Positions 28,366 to 42,031 of a stretch of 64,000 bases of DNA are shown here, piece after piece; the stretch's first letter is position 1; each line of letters begins with the position of its first letter. The notes under the pieces were generated by a model. The model was not told the origin of the DNA, did no database searches, and was given only the letters and a program-made list of their open reading frames with translations. Source of the DNA: Octopus vulgaris (lineage: Eukaryota); assembly GCA_951406725.2 (NCBI GenBank), contig OX597818.1, forward strand, positions 143,964,001 to 144,028,000, read 5' to 3'. The translations under genes and the position numbers were made by a program.

Positions 28366-28949
28366 GATGATTATTTCTGTATGGAGGTTCTTTTGGTTTT
28401 ATTTTTCAATTTTGCCACCAACAGGGAAAGAACCAGTTTCTAATCCAGGACCAAGGTCCTTTCATTGGAATTTGGAAATTATCAGGTAATTAGACATGTG
28501 TGTAATGTAATGTATGTGTGCATGTATGTATGTAAGTATGTATGTACGAACGCATGTATGTATGTATGTATGTATGTATGTATGTATGTATGTATGTATG
28601 TATGTATGTACGTATGTATGTATCTATATATGTATGTATGTATGTGTGTGTGTGTGTTTGTGTGTATGTATGTATGTATGTATGTATGTATATATGTATG
28701 CATGTATGTATGTATGTATTATGTATGTATGTATGTATGTATGTATGTATGTATGTATGTATGTACGTACGCATGTATGTATGTATGTATGTATGTATGT
28801 ATGTATGCATGCATGTGCATACATACATACATACATACATACATACATGTATGTATGTATGTATGTACATACATGTATGTAAGCATACATTACTGAATGG
28901 TCGCTAACATTCTTGGTTTACTCACCCTTTTGTATGTTTTGTTTTTCAT

Positions 28950-29784
28950 CTTGCAGGGTATCCAAAAACGCCCTTCCTCGCCAAGCAGCTTGGTGGGGTT
29001 GCAGGTTTTCTTACCGATACATGACTAATCAGATCTGAAGACAAACGCACATATATGCACATTCGTAAGCATGTGCATACGAAGCGTTTAGAGTGGAGTA
29101 AAAACCTACAGAATCGGTCCCTAGAGCAGTGGAAGAATGTTATTTTCTCGGGCGAGTCATTCTTTACCTTATTTCCGACCACCGGCTAAGTATACGAGTG
29201 GAGACAACCAAAAGAAGCATTTGATCCAGACAGCCTTCTTCAAATTCTTAAAAATGGAGGAGGATCTATGATAATCAGGGCAGGGCTATATCTTGGAAAT
29301 CCACCGGCCCAATGGCTTCCCTTCATGGCAGAATTAATAGTCCAAACTAGTTAAGCATTCTATCCTGATCAAATTCCACCTATTATTGCGGAAGTGTTTC
29401 TGGATGGAAACACAATCTTTCAGGATGATAATGCACCAATTCACACAGCTAAAATTGTTACTGAATGGCACGAGATACATTCTAGTGGAGTTGAACATCT
29501 TATCTGGCCACCACAGTCCCCAGATCTCAATATTATTGAACATTTAGGATGCATTTTAGAAAAACAAGTAAGAAGTCGATATCCTCCATCATCATAACTA
29601 CAAGAACTGGAGACAGTTTTAACTGAAGAATGAACAAAAATTCCTTTGGAAACAATTCAAATTTTGTACGAGCCCATACCTAGTAGAGCCAAGCTATAAT
29701 TACTGCCAAAGGCGGTCCTACTCCGTTTTAAAATAAATTTGTTTGAAATTTTAAAATGTTTCCATTATTTTGTCCAATCCCTGT
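28950..29784 (+). mobile_element. Tc1-like transposase pseudogene with 3' terminus
   Basis: WKNVIFSGES, FQDDNAPIH and WPPQSPDLNIIEH; ends ...TTGTCCAATCCCTG-TA. Confidence 0.88.
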
Positions 29785-29798
29785 ACATATACATATAC

Positions 29799-29831
<33 letters not shown>

Positions 29832-29881
29832 GCATAATAATGATAATAATAATATATATATATATATATATAATAATAATA

Positions 29882-29920
<39 letters not shown>

Positions 29921-30136
29921 AAGAAGAAGAAGAAGAAGAAGAAGAAGAATAGGGAGTATAACTTCAAACTTACAGAGAAAAATTCAGTTTAGTATTAAAT
30001 ATAATTTTACAATATAAATATATAATATATACAAATTATAGAATTTATATATATTATATATGTGAGTGAGTGTGAGTGTGCATTTATATATAGACATACA
30101 CGTATATATTTGTATGTATGTATATATATATATACG

Positions 30137-30203
<67 letters not shown>

Positions 30204-30306
30204 ATATATATATATACATTTGCGTGTATGTGTGTATGCAAAATCTGTAACGAACCCGAGTGACGAAATCTGTAATGAGCCCGAGTGACGCTGATGACCT
30301 AGAGTG

Positions 30307-30368
<62 letters not shown>

Positions 30369-30542
30369 GTGTGTATGTGTGTGTGCACGTGTAGCAAACA
30401 GATGAGATCCAGAGATTCTCGATATATAAAACAGTTATAAGCGCACAAATGATTCGAACTTAAACTCCGATGTCTTTACAGTAGCCCAATTCCGTGGGCT
30501 AATAATAATAACAATAACAATAACAACAACAACAATAATAAC

Positions 30543-30585
<43 letters not shown>

Positions 30586-30639
30586 GTAATAATAATGATG
30601 AAGATGATGATGATGATGATGATGATGATGATAATAAAT

Positions 30640-31611
<972 letters not shown>

Positions 31612-31699
31612 GGGTAAAATTAATTAATTGATTAATAATTAATAATTTTACCAAGCAGTGCGGTATGTTAAAAGAACCGTTATCGGTAAAACTTAAACA

Positions 31700-31947
31700 A
31701 AAATTCTTATAATTATGAGTATAATTATAATTAGGGTTCAGCAAAAACATTTGTTTCACCACATTCAGAAATTTAGAAATAGCAGCCAAAACTCGGTATT
31801 TCTCCACCATAAGAAATGTATGTTGTCTGGGAGATTTTCTTATGATAGAGAAATAGCGAGTTCTAAATATTCTAAATTTCGGTATGTGTTAAAGCAAATG
31901 TTTTTGCTGAACCCTAATTATAATTATATTCATAATTATAAGAATTT
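31700..31947. repeat. Inverted repeat (~78-bp arms) of a small hairpin element family
   Basis: 31700-31777 is complementary to 31870-31947; related hairpins at 36217-36360 and 59130-59248. Confidence 0.8.
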
Positions 31948-31955
31948 GTATGTGT

Positions 31956-32036
<81 letters not shown>

Positions 32037-32056
32037 AGTATGTATGTATGTGTATG

Positions 32057-32104
<48 letters not shown>

Positions 32105-32343
32105 TTTGAGAGAATATTATTCCTAACTTACAGGGAAAAATTCAATTTAGGAAAACTAAATCAAATTTCACAAAATATAATATATATATAAAAATTAGAA
32201 AAAAAACACCTTTTATCAATTCAAAATGAACAATTAAATTACACCATCTAGAAAATTACATATAATAGAAATATTAAAAATAAAATAACAATGATATACC
32301 AATTGCAAAATAATAATAATAATAACATATATATTTGGTAGAA

Positions 32344-32448
32344 TAACGACACGTGTTTCGTGGCTATATTTAAGAAATGATTATGGTAAAACGAATTAAT
32401 AGTAGTAGTAAAATCACTTCGATATACATATAGCCACTCATCAGGTTA
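32344..32448 (-). ncRNA. Type I hammerhead ribozyme motif
   Basis: TAAC-CTGATGA-GTGGCTATA...TATAGCCAC-GAAA-CACGT-GTC-GTTA: intact core, palindromic stem III, GUC triplet. Confidence 0.85.
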
Positions 32449-32575
32449 AAAATAAACTAGAATAGTAAAATAATTAATTAATAAATATACGTAAAAAGTC
32501 TTATAAAATATAAATATATTCTTTAAAAAAAATATATATATAAGATACTATATATATATATATATATATATAAGA

Positions 32576-32645
<70 letters not shown>

Positions 32646-33018
32646 CATTAAGTGAAAACTAAAAACAATACTTTAAAATAAATTAATATACACAATGTTA
32701 GTACAAGCCATTAATATTGTAATCAAAATAAGAAATGGTTCAAATATAGACAAACTCATTAAATAAGCTAACTATAAAATTAATATATATGTGTAGTATC
32801 TATATATTTAATATATCACTCAATAATATAGTTGACTAAATATCAATTAATATAATATCTAATTATCTTAAATTTAATACTACTTAATAAATATACCACT
32901 TAATTATTGAACAATATATTGTCTAACTAAAATAATTCTCAAATTAAATTAAATGTAATACGTTAGATCCCTTTATAAAAAAATAATAAATAATTCTAAA
33001 TATATTCTAGTTTATTTT

Positions 33019-33123
33019 TAACCTGATGAGTGGCTATATTTATATCGAAGTGATTTTACTACTACTATTAATTTTTTTTACTATAATCAATTCTTAAATA
33101 TAGCCACGAAACACGTGTCGTTA
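33019..33123 (+). ncRNA. Type I hammerhead ribozyme motif
   Basis: TAAC, CTGATGA (33023-29), GTGGCTATA...TATAGCCAC, GAAA (33108-11), CACGT, GTC (33117-19), GTTA. Confidence 0.88.
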
Positions 33124-33538
33124 TTCTATCAAATAAATACGTTATTATTATTATTTTGTAATTCACTTAATCATGTGTATATTATTGTTATTTTATTTTT
33201 AATATTTCTATGGTATGTAATTTTCTAGATGGTGTAATTTAATTGTTCATTTTGAATTGATAAAGGGTGGTTTTTTCTAATTTATATATATATATATATA
33301 TATCATGATATATTATGATATATTAAATGCATTATAATATAAGTGGCTATAGCAATTAAAACGTCATAAAACGTCATAAACGATGGTGCAAAATATCACA
33401 CGCTAGAAAAAAAGAGCTAAAAAATATAACTCGGATAACCACACAAAATTACCAACCTCATGAAATATTCAGAGACTGCGAGCGACAAGCCACATATTTC
33501 TTCTGTTAAATAAACTCACAGAATGAAGTAGTTTGATA

Positions 33539-33598
33539 AAACCCTATCATGTGATTTCGAAATTTAATCAACATGGTCTTGTTTCTCCTCAGGAGTTT
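33539..33598 (-). ncRNA. Type I hammerhead ribozyme motif within a unit bounded by diverged direct repeats
   Basis: AAACTC-CTGAGGA-GAAA..TTTC-GAAA-TCACATG-ATA-GGGTTT; direct repeats at ~33312-33420 and ~33746-33860. Confidence 0.7.
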
Positions 33599-34020
33599 CT
33601 ACAATTTACTCCGGGTTAATGTGATAGCTTACTTCCCATTTGCTCAGGACAGAAAAAAAAACCGTTGAACAACGAGCGCTAAAATTCAAAACGGTTAAAG
33701 CGTATATAAAAAGACAATGAGTTATTATAATAGTAAATTAATATATTATGATATATTAAATACATTATAATATAGGTGGCTTTAGCAATTAAAACGAAAA
33801 AGGCAATATTCTTAAATGAGGGTGCAAAACAGCACCTGCAATTGCTAGAAACAAGAGCTATATATACAAGCACGAGGAAAGCAAAGTCTGAAGATTTAGA
33901 GATGATAAATATTTAAGTATAAATATCTATATATTCATACTTAAATATATTGTATATCAAACCCAAGGTATCATATTTAATTTGCTTATCTGCATAATTC
34001 TCTCTCTCTCTCTTTCTCTT

Positions 34021-34056
<36 letters not shown>

Positions 34057-34129
34057 CTTATGTATGTACGTATGTATGTATGTATGTATGTATGTATGTA
34101 TGTATGTATGTATGTATGTATGTATGTAT

Positions 34130-35100
34130 GTGGTGAATGAACGCGCTGTACGTTGATTGTTTGAGAAGTTCCGGTCTGGTAACTTTACTCTTGAACATCA
34201 GCCCCGCGGTAGACCTGAGACCAAGGTGGATAATGATGAGCTGGAAACTGTAGTGGAAGCGAATACATTTCAAACAACGCGTGATTTAGCAGCAAGACAT
34301 GATGTTTCGATTCCAACTGTATTGGACCATCTGAAACAAATGGGAAGGTTAAGAAGCTGGACAAGTGGGTACCAAACGAACTGAACGAGCATCAAATGAC
34401 ACGTCGTCTTGAAACTTGCTGTTCTTTGCTGTCACGGCATAAAAGCGAACCATTTTTGCATCGTATTGTAACGCGTGATTAAAAATGGATTCTTTTCAAC
34501 AATAGCAAGCGTTCTGCACAGTGGTTCGATAGAGACGAAGTGCCAAAACACAATATAAAAAAGAATATTCACCAAAAGAAAAGCTAATAGTGTCTGTTTG
34601 GTGGTTCAGCACTGGTGTCATCCACTACAGCTGCATGAGACCAGGTAAGTCAAATACAACGGATATATACATCAACTAATTGGATGAAATGATGAGTGAA
34701 CTTGCAATTAAACAATCGAGATTGGTCAATAGAGATAGGCCAATTCTCTTGCAAGACAATGTTCGATCACATGTTTCACAAAGAACACTACTCAAGTTAC
34801 AGGAACTGAACTTGGAACTACTCTGTCATCCACCATATTCACCAGACCTTGCATCAATTGACTATCATGTTTTGCAACGAAAAAGACTTCAAATCTGAAG
34901 AACCAAAAACAGCCTTTCGTGATTTCATCACCTTTTGCTCTCCAGAATTCTTCGCTGCCGGCATAAATAAGTTACCGATAAAATGGCAAAACTGTGTTGA
35001 TAATTTAGGTGCATACTTTGATTAACTGCATTGCTTTTTCTTGAGATAAAGTAAAATAAACTTTCAGTTCAAAATTGTACATTTCATTCTTAATGACCTG
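34130..35100 (+). mobile_element. Mariner transposase pseudogene (5'-truncated)
   Basis: FEKFRSGNFTLE..RGRP, WVPNEL, LLQDNVRSH and HPPYSPDLASIDYH; many stops. Confidence 0.9.
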
Positions 35101-35337
35101 ATATATATATATATATATTTTTTTTTTTTCAACAATTGAGGGTAAAATTACGTTCTCAAATAACCTTTGCATTTGATTTTTTAATGTCTCTACCCCCATA
35201 CTTTTGTGAGTTGAATTGAGCAAACACTATATGAGAGAGGTTTTCTTTAAGTATTGGTAATAGTTTTTGAAAAAGTTTTTTTAGCTGCTATTTCTAATGA
35301 GTTCAGTATGCGGCAAAGTAATTTATTTTACTAAGCC

Positions 35338-35382
<45 letters not shown>

Positions 35383-35385
<3 letters not shown>

Positions 35386-35755
35386 AGTGGTGGGATCAAT
35401 AAGTATCCGGGATGTTGCCATAGTAACGAAGCTAAAGCACGCAGAGTGATGCCGCTTAGCACAGATTGACCTTGAACGCTGTTGTGCATACACACTAAGT
35501 TTTAATGTTCTAGCTCACTTCCGCTGCTTACAGCCGTGCTTGGATTGAAGGTGTGTAGCGTGTGATCGTTGCATTGATCATGATAGAGAAAGCTGAGCAG
35601 AGAATCTGCATCAAATTATCGCCAAAAACATGGCTGAATTAAGTGTGTGGCTTCCGAAGGGGACTACTTTGAAGAAGATTAAATGCCAAATTGGAACGTG
35701 TTGTAGTTTTGGTTTTATAGCACCAGTCTGGGTATTTATTGATCAGACCTCGTGT
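35383..35755 (+). mobile_element. Mariner-derived non-autonomous element
   Basis: Imperfect TIRs GATCAATAAGTATCCGG / CTGGGTATTTATTGATC; EQRICIK start fused to CVASEGDYFE end. Confidence 0.7.
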
Positions 35756-35760
35756 ATGTG

Positions 35761-35815
<55 letters not shown>

Positions 35816-35945
35816 TTCGAGACAAAACCACTGTTTTGCAAAACAAACAAGGAAAGACTTAATCAATACATAAAAATTTTTAATATAAAGAAATAAACCG
35901 CCACTACAATTAAAATAAATTAAAACAGATTAGGAGATCGAAAAT

Positions 35946-35988
35946 CCACCTGACGAATGTCATTGAAGACATGAAACGATTGTAGTGG
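35946..35988 (+). ncRNA. Compact type I hammerhead ribozyme motif
   Basis: CCAC-CTGACGA-ATGTC(ATTGAA)GACAT-GAAA-CGATT-GTA-GTGG; lies between ~105-bp inverted arms (35805-35910 / 35979-36085). Confidence 0.82.
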
Positions 35989-36467
35989 CGGTTTATTTCT
36001 TTATATTAAAAAATTTTATGTATTGATTAAGTCTTTCCTTGTTTGTTTTGCAAAATAGTGGTTTTGTCTCGAATTAATATTATATAATATTTTACTATAA
36101 AATTGGATTTAATCCTAAATCTGATTTTTTCCCTGTAAATTTGGATTTATTCCCTAATATTTATTATAATATATATATATATATATATAATTATAATTAT
36201 AATTATAATTATAATTAAGGGTACCGAAGAGGCAACATCATACCAGAAACGGCAGTCAAAGCTAACCCTAAAAACACATCATGTATTCATATAGCACATG
36301 TGGTTTTAGAGTCCGTTTTGACTGCTATTTCTGGCATGGTGGTGCCCATTCGGTACCCTTAATCATATTTATATTATCATATATCTATAATAATTATTAA
36401 CTATACGAATTTTTCCATGCTGGCCAATTGATATGATTGTTATTTTAAATAATGGTCTTATGCTCTT

Positions 36468-36525
<58 letters not shown>

Positions 36526-36526
<1 letters not shown>

Positions 36527-37139
36527 TCACAATCAAGGAACGGCCATAATAGGCCATTCACCCACTAGAAATAACAGCCAAAAGCTTTAACCGCAAAATA
36601 ACGTCAATTCCGTAAACCAGGAGAAAATTAAAAAACATTTACCCTGTAATTTCTTAGACGATGCACCGTTTCATCTACTGTTTAATGGAAAACTAACCTG
36701 ATTAAATTAAATCAAGCCAATCTACCATAGGCCCTTAGATTCATCAGTAAGAAATAGCCAAGCCGGAACAGATATTTTTCACGAGGCATTCTCGTTGCTA
36801 CCTCGTCAATATCTGACCTAAAATTTTCAAATCGTCGCACTCGCGCCAAATTTATCGGCAGCAAATAAATATAAGCCGCCGATTCCATTACGGAATTAAC
36901 CAGAAAATTCATAATTAATCAATATAGGGTGGCAAAAAAAATTTTGTAGAATTCTTTTGCCACCAGCGGCCTAGTGGGAAAAAATTAAATAGTCATAAAC
37001 CATTTTTAAGTTCAACATCACAATCAAGGAACGGCCATAATAGGCCATTCACCCACTAGAAATAACAGCCAAAAGCTTTAACCGCAAAATAACGTCAATT
37101 CCGTAAACCAGGAGAAAATTAAAAAACATTTACCCTGTA

Positions 37140-37141
<2 letters not shown>
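36526..37141 (-). mobile_element. Retrozyme-like non-coding element: 491-bp unit with 125-bp direct repeats
   Basis: 36526-36650 equals 37017-37141 (identical by eye); a hammerhead abuts the repeat; inserted in (TA)n. Confidence 0.8.
36649..36755 (-). ncRNA. Type I hammerhead ribozyme motif
   Basis: ATTTCTTA-CTGATGA-ATCTA...TAGAT-GAAA-CGGTGCATC-GTC-TAAGAAAT: 8-bp stem I, intact core, near-palindromic stem III. Confidence 0.88.
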
Positions 37142-37220
<79 letters not shown>

Positions 37221-37221
37221 C

Positions 37222-37385
<164 letters not shown>

Positions 37386-37557
37386 ATATATACATATATA
37401 TATACATATATATATACATATTTATATATACATATATATATATGTGTGTGTGTGTGTATGTATGTATATACACACACACACATATATATATATACACATA
37501 TATATTTATTTATATATTATACATATATATATTATATATATATGTACACACACACAC

Positions 37558-37590
<33 letters not shown>

Positions 37591-37605
37591 CATGTATATA
37601 TATAC

Positions 37606-37636
<31 letters not shown>

Positions 37637-39078
37637 CATCTATATATATACATATATACATACATATGTGTGAGAGAGAGCGCGTTGTGTATGTGTCTAT
37701 GCATGTATGTATTTATGTATGTATGTATGTATGTATGTATTATGTGTGTGTGTATGTATGTATGAGTGTATGTATATGTGTGTATGTTCATGTGTATATA
37801 TATGGGTTTGTGTATTTGTACGCATATCTCTTAGTAGATATGTGATTGCGCGTGTACACTCATGTTCATGTCTCTCTGTAATTATATGCACGCGTGTGTG
37901 TGTGACGGTGCGGTCATATTTGATCCGCTCCTGCGTACGCCAGCATGTGTGTGCACGTGTGCGTGTGAGCACCGCTCTATGCGTATATGTTGTTCGCATG
38001 TGTTTGTATATGTATGCTTCCGAGCGCCTGCATCTAATACATTTGTGTGTCTGTGTATATTTTGTACACGTCTCTATACGTCTGTATCTGTACTGGATAG
38101 CAGTTTACATGTTGCTCCGAAGCCTAATTCTCCCAACAGATGGCAGAATATACAGTGAAGCTAATTTTATTAATTTGTATGTCTGTTGGTTTATTTAATG
38201 GTCTTCTTACTGATGTGGTTCACTCGAGTTTATAGGAACAGTCGTTCTTTCTATCTGACACATACACACCCTCTCCCACTTTGTCCTCTTCTCTCTCTCT
38301 CTCTCTCCCTCTCTTTTGAAACAGGCCCCCAGATGTCGGCCTACATAGGGGCCGTTCTCACCCTCCGAAGGGCTGCACCATTGTTTTATTTATTTGTTTA
38401 TTTATTTAATTATATTGCTTTCTTTATTCCGCCACACAGGGTTTTCGGTCACTAAAAGGCCCTTCTTTGCAATCAAGAGCTGTGAAACATCCCTAGCCCC
38501 CTATTTACTAAACGCACACACACACACACGCACACACATACACACACAAACGTACATACACTCTCAAATATATATATATGCATTATACACGCACGTATAC
38601 GTACACCATAAACACATATATTCACAAAAACATGCATATTTTACGCGCACATGTTCATTTTTACCTCTTTTATACACACACAGCCGCTCTCCTTTGCTCT
38701 CCTTTGCTCTCCACCTTTCTCTCTCTCACACACACACACACGAATGCAGACTTATACGATCACTTAAACATTCGCATATACTCTCAGGCACATAGGCACA
38801 CACACATACACGCATACATATATATATATATATGTGTGTATGTGTGTGTGTGTATGCATACATACATACATACATACATACATACATACATACAGACACA
38901 CATACATACATACATACATACATGCATACATACATACATACATACATACATACATACATACACACATACATACATACATGCATACATACATACATACATA
39001 CATACATACATACGCATACATACATATATAGGCGTTGACACTTACATATGCATACTCTCCCTTTTTACCACCCCTCTC

Positions 39079-39131
<53 letters not shown>

Positions 39132-39132
39132 T

Positions 39133-39187
<55 letters not shown>

Positions 39188-39619
39188 TAGATCCGTCCAC
39201 TTCTAAAGCCTCCCTTAACCATTTATGTATTAATGAAATGCAAAATTCACAGAGCACAACGCACAGCAAGAATTATTTATTCCATTACCTTCTTCCTTCC
39301 TTCCTTCCTTCCTTTCTTCCTGTATTCTTTGTTTTCTGCTTTTTCGCTCTATATTCTTTGTTTTACTCCTGTGGTTCGGACTTTCCAATTTGTCGAGACC
39401 AAATTAAAACAAATGGTTACGAACATTTGTACTATATGCCATGGTTGGCCGGCCATCAACATCATTATTGTCGACTTCATAATTACCATTACTATCATTA
39501 CTATCGCCAACATTATTCCCAATATCATCATCATACTATTACTACCCTCATCACTGTAATCATCATCCTCATAATCTTCACCACCATCAGTATCCCCTTC
39601 ATTATCATTATTTCATCCA

Positions 39620-40135
39620 CGCATAACAGATTAGACTGCTGGAAAAATTCCTGACATCGGGCTACAAGTAACCCAAGATGCCGAGAACCCTCCTATGTAT
39701 CCTAGCTGTTCCTAATAATTCTGTTTTCTGAAGCTGCACTGTACCAGGTTCTGTGCCTATTTCTTTTATCCATCTGTTCAAATCTTTAGCAATATTTCCG
39801 AATGCACCTATAACTACAGGGATACTTTTAACCCGCACATTCCATAGCCTCTGTAACTCAATGGATAGGTCATGGTACTTTGCTAGTTTCTCTATACGCC
39901 TCATACTGACTTTTTCATCATTTGGGACCGTAAAGTCAACTACTTGGCCGGCACTTTGTATTCTCTTTGTCTACTACTGCTTCTAAATCAGGCTTTCTAG
40001 CTTCTATTACTCTGTCAGTCTGGATATTAAAATCCAACATCTTGTATTTCTTACTTTCTAGCACTTTACTAGGTTCATGTTCATACCACTTATCAGTATG
40101 GTCAAGTTTTAGCTTTCTACATAACTTCCAGAGAT
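39620..40135 (-). mobile_element. R4/Dong-like LINE 3' fragment (RLE domain) between TAA/TGA-type repeats
   Basis: WYEHEP..DFNIQTDRVIEARKPD, EKLAKYHDL and IPVVIGAFG. Confidence 0.82.
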
Positions 40136-40187
40136 TATTCTCCCTAGGTTGTCATGTCTTTTCGTGTATTCTTTCATTATTATTATT

Positions 40188-40221
<34 letters not shown>

Positions 40222-40258
40222 CCATCATCATCATTATTATTATTATTATTATTATTAC

Positions 40259-40802
40259 TGAGTGAGTGAGCAGTGCATGCCATCAAAGTGACACTGGGGT
40301 GAAAATACGAAGTCCAGTATATCCGTCAGATAAGGGTACACCAGGCACATGCATCACAACCATATGTGCGCGACATGGTGATCTCATATCAAGATAAACA
40401 GCGCACGACCTTGCAGGTGGAGCCCAGTTAGAATTTTCTTCAGGTCGAGTAGCCCACTCCGCTCAAAAGGTCCCTGAATAAGGGTTGTTTAATGATGTTG
40501 AACAAAACATCCATATTTCCAAAGGTGAATTATCCAAACCCGCAAAGAATCCCTCTCAACACATGGCTATGATGCTCCCCCACTACTTCTGCTCGTGACC
40601 AGAGATGTACATATCGTCAGCCACTAAGGGACATGCTCAACTGGTTAAGGTCAAGCAACTGACAAACAAATCTGTGGTAATGAGCAGAATATTTGCTGTA
40701 TTCCACCATTTACACCAAGACAAAACAATGTACATGATAAGACTTCCAATCAGTTAAGATCAGAATCCATGAGAGCCACAGCCTGGTACTGTATCAGGGC
40801 AT
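40259..40802. repeat. Unclassified non-coding insertion flanked on both sides by (TTA)n
   Basis: Higher-complexity 540-bp block bounded sharply by (TTA)n at ~40235-40257 and 40803-40822; no ORF. Confidence 0.35.
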
Positions 40803-40822
40803 ATTATTATTATTATTATTAT

Positions 40823-40994
<172 letters not shown>

Positions 40995-41383
40995 TTAATG
41001 CTTTTAAAATTCTGTAATTAGATTAATTATTTTTTAATTTATTTTTATCGTTATTTATCCTCATCAAATTTCAGCTATTTTAATTTTTAAATTCCTATTC
41101 TTTATAGAAATTAATCTTTTTTCAACAGAATATCTTCCTTAGTGAATAATACATTAATTATTTCCCTTAGAATCCTCCTTAACTCAACATTTCTTCTCAT
41201 CTAGTTTAGAATTAATACTGATCAAATAACGTATCCATCGTGCGCTAAATATCAACCGTAAGGCTTGGCTCAACATATCGAGATCCTAGAATAGCTGGTA
41301 AACTTGGTGAGTGGCAAACAGTCAAACAGTTGCAGCCAATGGTGCACTCTCTAGGGAAACACAAATTCTGAATGAAGTACCCC

Positions 41384-41437
<54 letters not shown>

Positions 41438-41684
41438 ATTTCTACCACTTTCTCTCTCCTCCCACACACACACACACACACACACATACACACACACACA
41501 CATATTCTCACTCACGCACATAAAGAACACACACACGCATTCGCACATACACACACTCCCTCACTCACATACTCTCTCACACACACATATGTACACTCTC
41601 TTGCTCACACACACATTCAGCACACGCTTACACGTGCTTTATATATATATATATATCTTTCTCTCTCTCACACATACACACAAA

Positions 41685-41725
<41 letters not shown>

Positions 41726-42031
41726 ATACGCAAATACAGCACACACCCATACACGCGAGCATACACACACACACTGTATCTCTCTCACTCTCACACACAC
41801 AAACTGTATCTCTCTCACGCACACACACACATACGCACACACACACACACACACACGCACACACGCACACACACGCACACACACAGTGATCGATTATTCC
41901 ACGTGCAAAGAGAAACAGATCATCAGAGTCAAGCAACGATAATACCAAAGGGTCTCGGGAAGCGGCAAAGACCATGAGGCAACAGAAAATAGCTAAGATG
42001 ATGGCAGCTCGACTCTAGGATAACAGAGTCA

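Larger units (their letters stand above)
32165..33290. mobile_element. Non-coding Penelope-like element with ~290-bp inverted pseudo-LTRs
   Basis: ~32185-32465 is the reverse complement of ~33003-33290, and each arm contains a hammerhead. Confidence 0.75.

Noticed and set aside
30241-30290. 25-bp tandem duplication; CRISPR-like periodicity also sought elsewhere
   Set aside because: Only two adjacent copies with no spacers; eukaryotic context with no cas genes
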